DNA of 64,000 nucleotides. Source: Tubulanus polymorphus. Its lineage: Eukaryota; Animalia; Nemertea. Location: the NCBI RefSeq assembly GCF_964204645.1, contig NC_134030.1, positions 10,871,947 through 10,935,946 of the forward strand, read 5' to 3'. The notes beneath the pieces were generated by a model that had not been told where the DNA came from, made no database searches, and worked only from the letters and a program-made list of their open reading frames with translations. How positions within the stretch are numbered: position 1 is the first letter of the stretch; every line of letters begins with the position of its first letter. This document shows, in pieces, positions 57,704 through 64,000 of this stretch. Both the position numbers and the translations under genes were made by a program.

Positions 57704-57935
57704 ATATGGTGGCTGATTCGGGCCATACTAAAAAGAATTCTGTACGGCTAGAGGAACGATAAAACATTTTCTCATTGGCCCGTTTTTGGTTTTCTCGCAA
57801 GAGAAAACAAAAAGTTTTGAATTCTCGTGCGAGAAAATCAAATGCTTTGTTTTTCGGGCCGACGTGACAATGTTTTTATCGTTCCTCTAGCCGTACAGAA
57901 AATGGTTTCAGTATGGCCCGAATCATCCACCATAT
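57704..57935. mobile_element. Hairpin MITE with ~65-bp TIRs (ATATGGTGGCTGATTCGGGCCATACT...)
   Basis: 57704-57768 is the near-perfect reverse complement of 57869-57935. Confidence 0.88.
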
Positions 57936-58529
57936 TTATAAATGCCATTTGAAAGGATTTCGATGATAACGGACATGACTTTCATTCTTCCGCGATGTTG
58001 AGTTTTCTTTTTTGTATTTTCTGAAATTATCACTAGGTGGCGTATGGTTTCCAACAAGCAGCGTGCGAGGCGAACGCCTCTCAGCGATCGGGGAAGTTTT
58101 CAGTCGCGCTGATGATAATTTGTACTACACTCTACGGTTTCGTGTCGAAATTGTAAATTGCTGGAAATTAATTGATGGTGAAATAAAAAAGATTCTTCAA
58201 ATTTAGCTCATTATGAAAATTACGTACTTTTGCGATGTCTTGCTTTGAACTTATGCACGTCTATGCACTTATCCACTTTCTCGGTAACGGGTGTATAAGT
58301 TTGAATAAAGATGAGGTGAAACTTTCGTTTATTGCTATTGATTTATGCGCGGTAGACCTAGCTCACTTCTGATCCCACAGACCATTGAATTCTATCTCTC
58401 TGAGGAATGCTTATTTTGGTTCGTCATCACACGAATTAGATTTCGAAAATTTTCAACAGTTTGTAACAAGAGGCAATCGCCCTGTGGCAAGTGGAGTTTC
58501 ATTGTGGCGTCAAGTAAGAAATCCAGTGA

Positions 58530-58945
58530 TCATCCAACGTAATGTACGTATCTGTATCTATCTAAAATCAATAGACTTGTATGCAAATGAGGTAAAACTT
58601 CGCAAGGAGTCACGACAGAAGAGTAAAAATTTAAGTCCTACAATCACAAATCCGAAAAGCTTGAAATATCGTAAAGTTAAAATCTATTAAATATATATAT
58701 ATATATATATACTTAAGTATAATATCTATATATACTTTGATTTCCTTATTCTGATTCATTCCCGACGATGGTTTTTAGTGGAAAATCGAAAAAAGTCGGA
58801 TTTTCGATAAATTCCATCTTTACGATATTCTAAGCTTTTCGGCTCAGTGATTGTAGGACTTAAATTTTAAGACTTATATACAGTCTCCCTGGAGATTTAC
58901 CTGAGGTGAAAATGAAAAGCACTTTTGGAAACACGTTGGATAAAT
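58530..58945. mobile_element. Foldback MITE-like inverted repeat around an (AT)n tract
   Basis: 58625-58676 is the reverse complement of 58818-58868, with weaker symmetry extending outward. Confidence 0.65.
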
Positions 58946-59560
58946 GTCTGCTTTTCAGTTGGAATTGTTCTGACCTAATCGTCGACAATTTTATGGTAGG
59001 TGTGAATCATTGAAGCTTTGCGTGGATTCGGATTTAAGGTCATTTTCTAGACCATTGATGAACAAATGGACTGCAAATATTGACCGGATTAGACGAAAAT
59101 CCGGATTAAGCCGATCCGGTTTAAGCGGGTTTGACTGTATGTCGTTTCGTACAAAAAGGCTTAAACAACCAAAGAAACGGAAACGATTTCCATTTTGATG
59201 AATTTCGTCATTTCGTGAAATAATAACTACGAGCACGGAGAGTTTTAGAATTCAAAATTCATATTGAATTAGAATTTCACATTTCTCTGCGATATCGATT
59301 ATATCTCTGATGAACGCGCTGAAATACACGATCTTCATGTGACATGTCAATAAAACAGAATTAGTAAATACCGTCTACCTTCTACGATTTTTTATTGCTT
59401 TATATTATCATCATTATCATTCTTTATTTACGAATTGAATTACATTAGAGATGTAATAATAGTATTGTGATGTTTCTCCATGTTTCAATGGTTATTAGAT
59501 GATCCTGTTTAACATTGAAACGTTGAAATCGAAATATTCAACGAGAAATTGTACAGTTTT

Positions 59561-59761
59561 CTAGTTTCCAAAGTCTTCATTCGGGCCTTCTTTATTACCA
59601 ACGACGAATTCCGCAGGTAGTACGTACATCGGGGGTGACGGCGGATGCTGTGGAGGATTTCTGATGGACTTGGATCGAACCAGTTCGTCTGACTTCGCTC
59701 GATGCCACATCAGGGTGTTGCAAATACCCACGACAACCAGCGTCAATAGAAATCGGTTCAT
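59561..59761 (-). CDS. Orphan 66-aa secreted peptide with a spliced 5' UTR
   Basis: Signal-peptide-like MNRFLLTLVVVGICNTLMWHRAKS. An acceptor TTTTGCTGTCAG ends 12 nt before the ATG. Upstream donor GAG|GTAAGT at 60051, TATAAA at 60142-60137, and downstream AATAAA at ~59423 and ~59392. Confidence 0.6.
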   Translation of the reverse strand: MNRFLLTLVVVGICNTLMWHRAKSDELVRSKSIRNPPQHPPSPPMYVLPAEFVVGNKEGPNEDFGN

Positions 59762-60640
59762 GATTTAAATTTCCTGACAGCAAAAAGCAAAAGATCTTTC
59801 GCATAAAAACGATACTCATTTTCTATTATCTTTATGGTCTTTTCCATCGCTGATACGATAGATAGAAAGTCGATGATTATTTTATTGTCTCGATGACACA
59901 CGACACACTTTGCTGTAAATCCTGCAATTCGTATGCATATATGGAAACGTAAAATGAAGGAGGACCATTTCAATATATCGACTATGAAATACGAAAGCAG
60001 TTATCTTTCCTAGAATATGCAATGTTTCTTGACGAAAATAAAAACACTTACCTCGCACAAGGTACGTACAACGACACTCGACCGACTGACAGGGAATGAT
60101 AATCGGAAAATAGAGTGACGAAGATTTTACCATTGATTTATAAAGACCATAATGAGATTTTAATATCACTAAGTTAATCCCGTCATCTATTGCCTCATTG
60201 TTTGACCTGTCTGGCTCAATTGGTTTTTTCCCGCGATGTATTCGAAAATCTATGTTTTTAATCGCGATGAAATTGATATTCGAATCGCTCATATCATTTC
60301 CGTAATATATAGAGATTAAAATCCTATCATCGAATTATCTCGTTGCATTGTACTCTTTGCCAAGAAGTTTAATTTGATATTGGGACCTGATAATCGAAAG
60401 GAAAAAATATGCATATACGAGCAGACTATACTAATAGAAAAGCTAATAATGAAAAATCGCTATATATATATACATTGCGATTCAGCCCAGACGGCGTGCT
60501 GTGTTGACATAATTCGTGTTATCTTTGGCGTGTCACACTTGGTACCACGCTTATCACCAATTCATGATGTTAACAAATCTCGACAAGTACCTAACACACG
60601 ATTTAGAGGCATCGTTTCCCACGTATCCCATCACGTTAAT

Positions 60641-60926
<286 letters not shown>

Positions 60927-63900
60927 CCGGCACTGAGGCTTTGGCGAAAATCGGTAAAGAATTCATACGTCGATCATCTTTGAATGAATGACGAAACGAA
61001 AACAACAATTTTGTTATTTTGTCTGCTGCATCAAAAGGATATTGACTTCATATGATTTGTATCCAAATCTAAGAACGAGAAGCGGTATAAGGAAACGAGC
61101 AAGTTTTAAGGACAGGCTTTTGAAATACATAATCATTAATTATAACTATCTAATTTACGGCAAATACGTATCATCGGTTGAAGAACAATCCACTCGATTA
61201 TATCAACTCCATTGAACGGCAATTTGGAAAAGATATTTCCATACTACCATAGAAACCCACATAATTTTTTTGCAATTTCTAGAAAATCTGTATTTGGGTG
61301 ATTATCGTTATCGATCAATCGTTAATTGATTACGCAACGATTCCGTTTGTGATTCTCTGTTTGTCCATCCTGCTACAATGTCCTTTAACAGACGAATGCC
61401 AAGCCAAAGTTCAAACGTAACAGGATAAAACAACATATAAACAATATTACAAAATCCGTTATATCTTCACCCAGTCTAATAATGCTACAAAATTTCCCCT
61501 CTAATCTGGAAACTTAGATGTCGTATTTAGCAAGAGACAGTATTCATAAAAATATCTCGTTAACTGCGCGTAATTGCTTATCTATGAAATCAGAGATAAC
61601 TTGAACACCGTCGACATTTCTCTCATACACTGCCATGCAATATGCACATAACGAACATCGCTAGGACTGGAATATACATACGTTGTTATGCGCTATAACC
61701 CCAAACCTATTAAATTCTTAGAGATATTATGGCATTGCCGGCTGCGGTAAGCATTTGATTCTTAATTGGTGACAGAGATTGTTAACATCGTTAGTTTCTA
61801 TCGAAAATGCCACGTGTTAAAGTTTTGATTATTGCAGAGGGCTTTGATTTCTATCAGTCAGACCTTTAGAATGAAGGTTCGAATCCGTTCCCGATAATTC
61901 ATAAGTATATGCAGTTATTCAGACGATTTGTTTGAACATTCTGAAGAGTAGGATTTAGGGTTTTGTGATTCTCTGTTTTTGTGATTCTCGTTCTGCCAGA
62001 TATTGATTTTTTAATGAGGGTATAACAATATCTAAACCAGAGTTACCACGGATATTGGTACCTCGCTCGTATAGTCGAACCTCCCGTGGCTCCCTGCCTA
62101 TAGGTCTTGATATTGATCCATTCCTTTGCATTTGGGGACATATTGGGTAATAATTCATTCGACAATTGTAAAGCTGATTTTCTTATACACATTGATCGAG
62201 TTTCTCGAGTAGTGAATGTCATTGTACGGTCGTACGATCATGAGATTTTTTTAATCCAATCATCGACAGCGTGGCGTAAAACTATCAGAAAACTACTGAA
62301 ACTCGCTTAAAGGAAACATTCTATGTTTTGAATTTCATTTGTCATGCTAGTTGTATTAAATAATAGAAATAGAAACCTATTTCTATTAGAAAGTTACATT
62401 ATTGGAAGTTATCACAAATAATGTGCACCCCTAAAGTCCTCGGTATTTTTCATGGACTGACCTTTTCGCGAGAAGGAAGACAAGCATGTGAAAAATCCCT
62501 GAAAATGCGTAAGCATATGTCGTCGTTTACAATTACCAGCGGCAGTCCTACATCGTTCATGTCGTTTCGATCATTGGCCGGTGTTCATTGCGTTTGGTCG
62601 TTTCGGACCCCCAGACCCCCGATTTGGATTTGTGCACCCACTCAATGGAATCCTTGATCCGCCGCTGTATGTAAAGGAAGAAGAAAAATGATAGAGCTAC
62701 ATGGAGAGACTGAATCAGTCACTCAGTAGCGTCCACACCATCATCGGGTCCTTAATTTTCAAGTGCAGTTTATTCCAGTTTAAAACGTATAAACCAGTTA
62801 ACAGTTTATTTCACAAACTCAAGGTCTACAATTGAGACAAATTGAGAAAAATTAGTGACAAAAATAGAAACAATATACCAAGTACTAAACAAGTGGCGAT
62901 TGCCGTCTTTACACAAATATTTTAGCAATTTTACTTGTAAAGATACATAAGTTTTGCTGTTTTTTGTCTGCATGAGTGAGGAGAATTCATACTAGTGTGG
63001 ATACGTTGGAAATTTTCTTTCTGTCAATATGCTTGGTTCTTAAAACACCAATGGCTGGACAACATGATATGTAAATGAATTTCACCCAAGAGCACTAACG
63101 CAAAAAGGCCAAGTCCTATTTTCTCTCTGTACATCCATCCATCGGCCAGTTGACCGCAGTCGGAACTCCATTCTAAATAGCTGATCTATATTTTATTTTT
63201 TTATAGTGGATCGACAGCCGCGCCGCAATCGTCTAATGAAGGCCGGTGTTCTACGCTCGATTTACGCGAATTCCCGCCCATTCGTCGGCACCAATTGTTA
63301 ATCTCGATTACGAGGGTTCTTGCGATCATGAACAATTTCAAGATCAATTGGGGAATAAATCGATTAAAGGAAATAAAATTCAACACACAAGAATTCCAAT
63401 TCAATAATAGCCTTGAAAATCGGTAAAAAGAATAATGGTTATGATGGTGTCAAATACAAAAATCTAAAATACTAAAAAATCAGTAAACGCAATATAGTAA
63501 TAATAATGATCTACAAAAATCTAACTTCTGAAATTAATCACTTTGTGCAATTACTATTTATTGCCCTTTCCAGCGTGAGAAGACAGATGACATGTTTGGT
63601 CTTTAACTGAGAATAAGGTAACAACGGTAAAATTCCTTTCTCCGATTCCCGTACCTGACCTTCACAATAGGTCGGGTAAGTCTCTATTTACTGGACATTT
63701 TTCAACCGTGACATGAGTTGATACGTACACTAACTACCCTTGTAAATGTATTGATGGGCCGAACTTCTTATCTTTTGTCGTGCGTAGGTCTGGACTTCAG
63801 TTTCAGTTTAGTTTATTACTCCACAAGTTACAGTAACATTGCACAGAGCAATTAGATTGACACAAAAATTACAACAAATGATAATAAAATCTAAGTAATT

Positions 63901-64000
63901 CACGAGTTCAGTAATAGAATAGGAAATCTACAAAAGTTACTTATGTTTATTAAATGATTCGATACCTTTTTTATGTATATCGCCAGATATTTACCTCCCG

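Noticed and set aside
61872-61892. B-box GGTTCGAATCC
   Set aside because: No upstream A-box or cloverleaf.

Overview
This is AT-rich, intron-containing eukaryotic DNA, most likely from a marine lophotrochozoan invertebrate (annelid/nemertean-like; inference only). It contains: a two-exon WSC domain (7.5-8.3 kb); a spliced triple-VWA-domain gene (14.6-19.4 kb); a cluster of five class A peptide-receptor-like GPCR loci (20-44 kb); a four-exon secreted/ER DsbA-like thioredoxin-fold gene with a CPDS motif (52-57.6 kb); and a small orphan secreted-peptide gene (59.6-60.1 kb, minus). Transposon debris is dense: a near-complete CR1/L2-type LINE, LINE and Penelope relics, many MITEs, a tRNA-derived SINE head and long microsatellites. 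The most striking structure is at 26-45 kb. One two-exon GPCR is triplicated in minus/plus/minus orientation, and a ~2.0-2.3 kb non-coding foldback element with long terminal inverted repeats occurs three times: once at the left boundary and once at each of the two orientation switches. This creates two overlapping giant palindromes, each centred on an element copy. Two Penelope-type minimal hammerhead ribozyme motifs are also present. All calls come from manual reading and motif recognition; no database searches were run.
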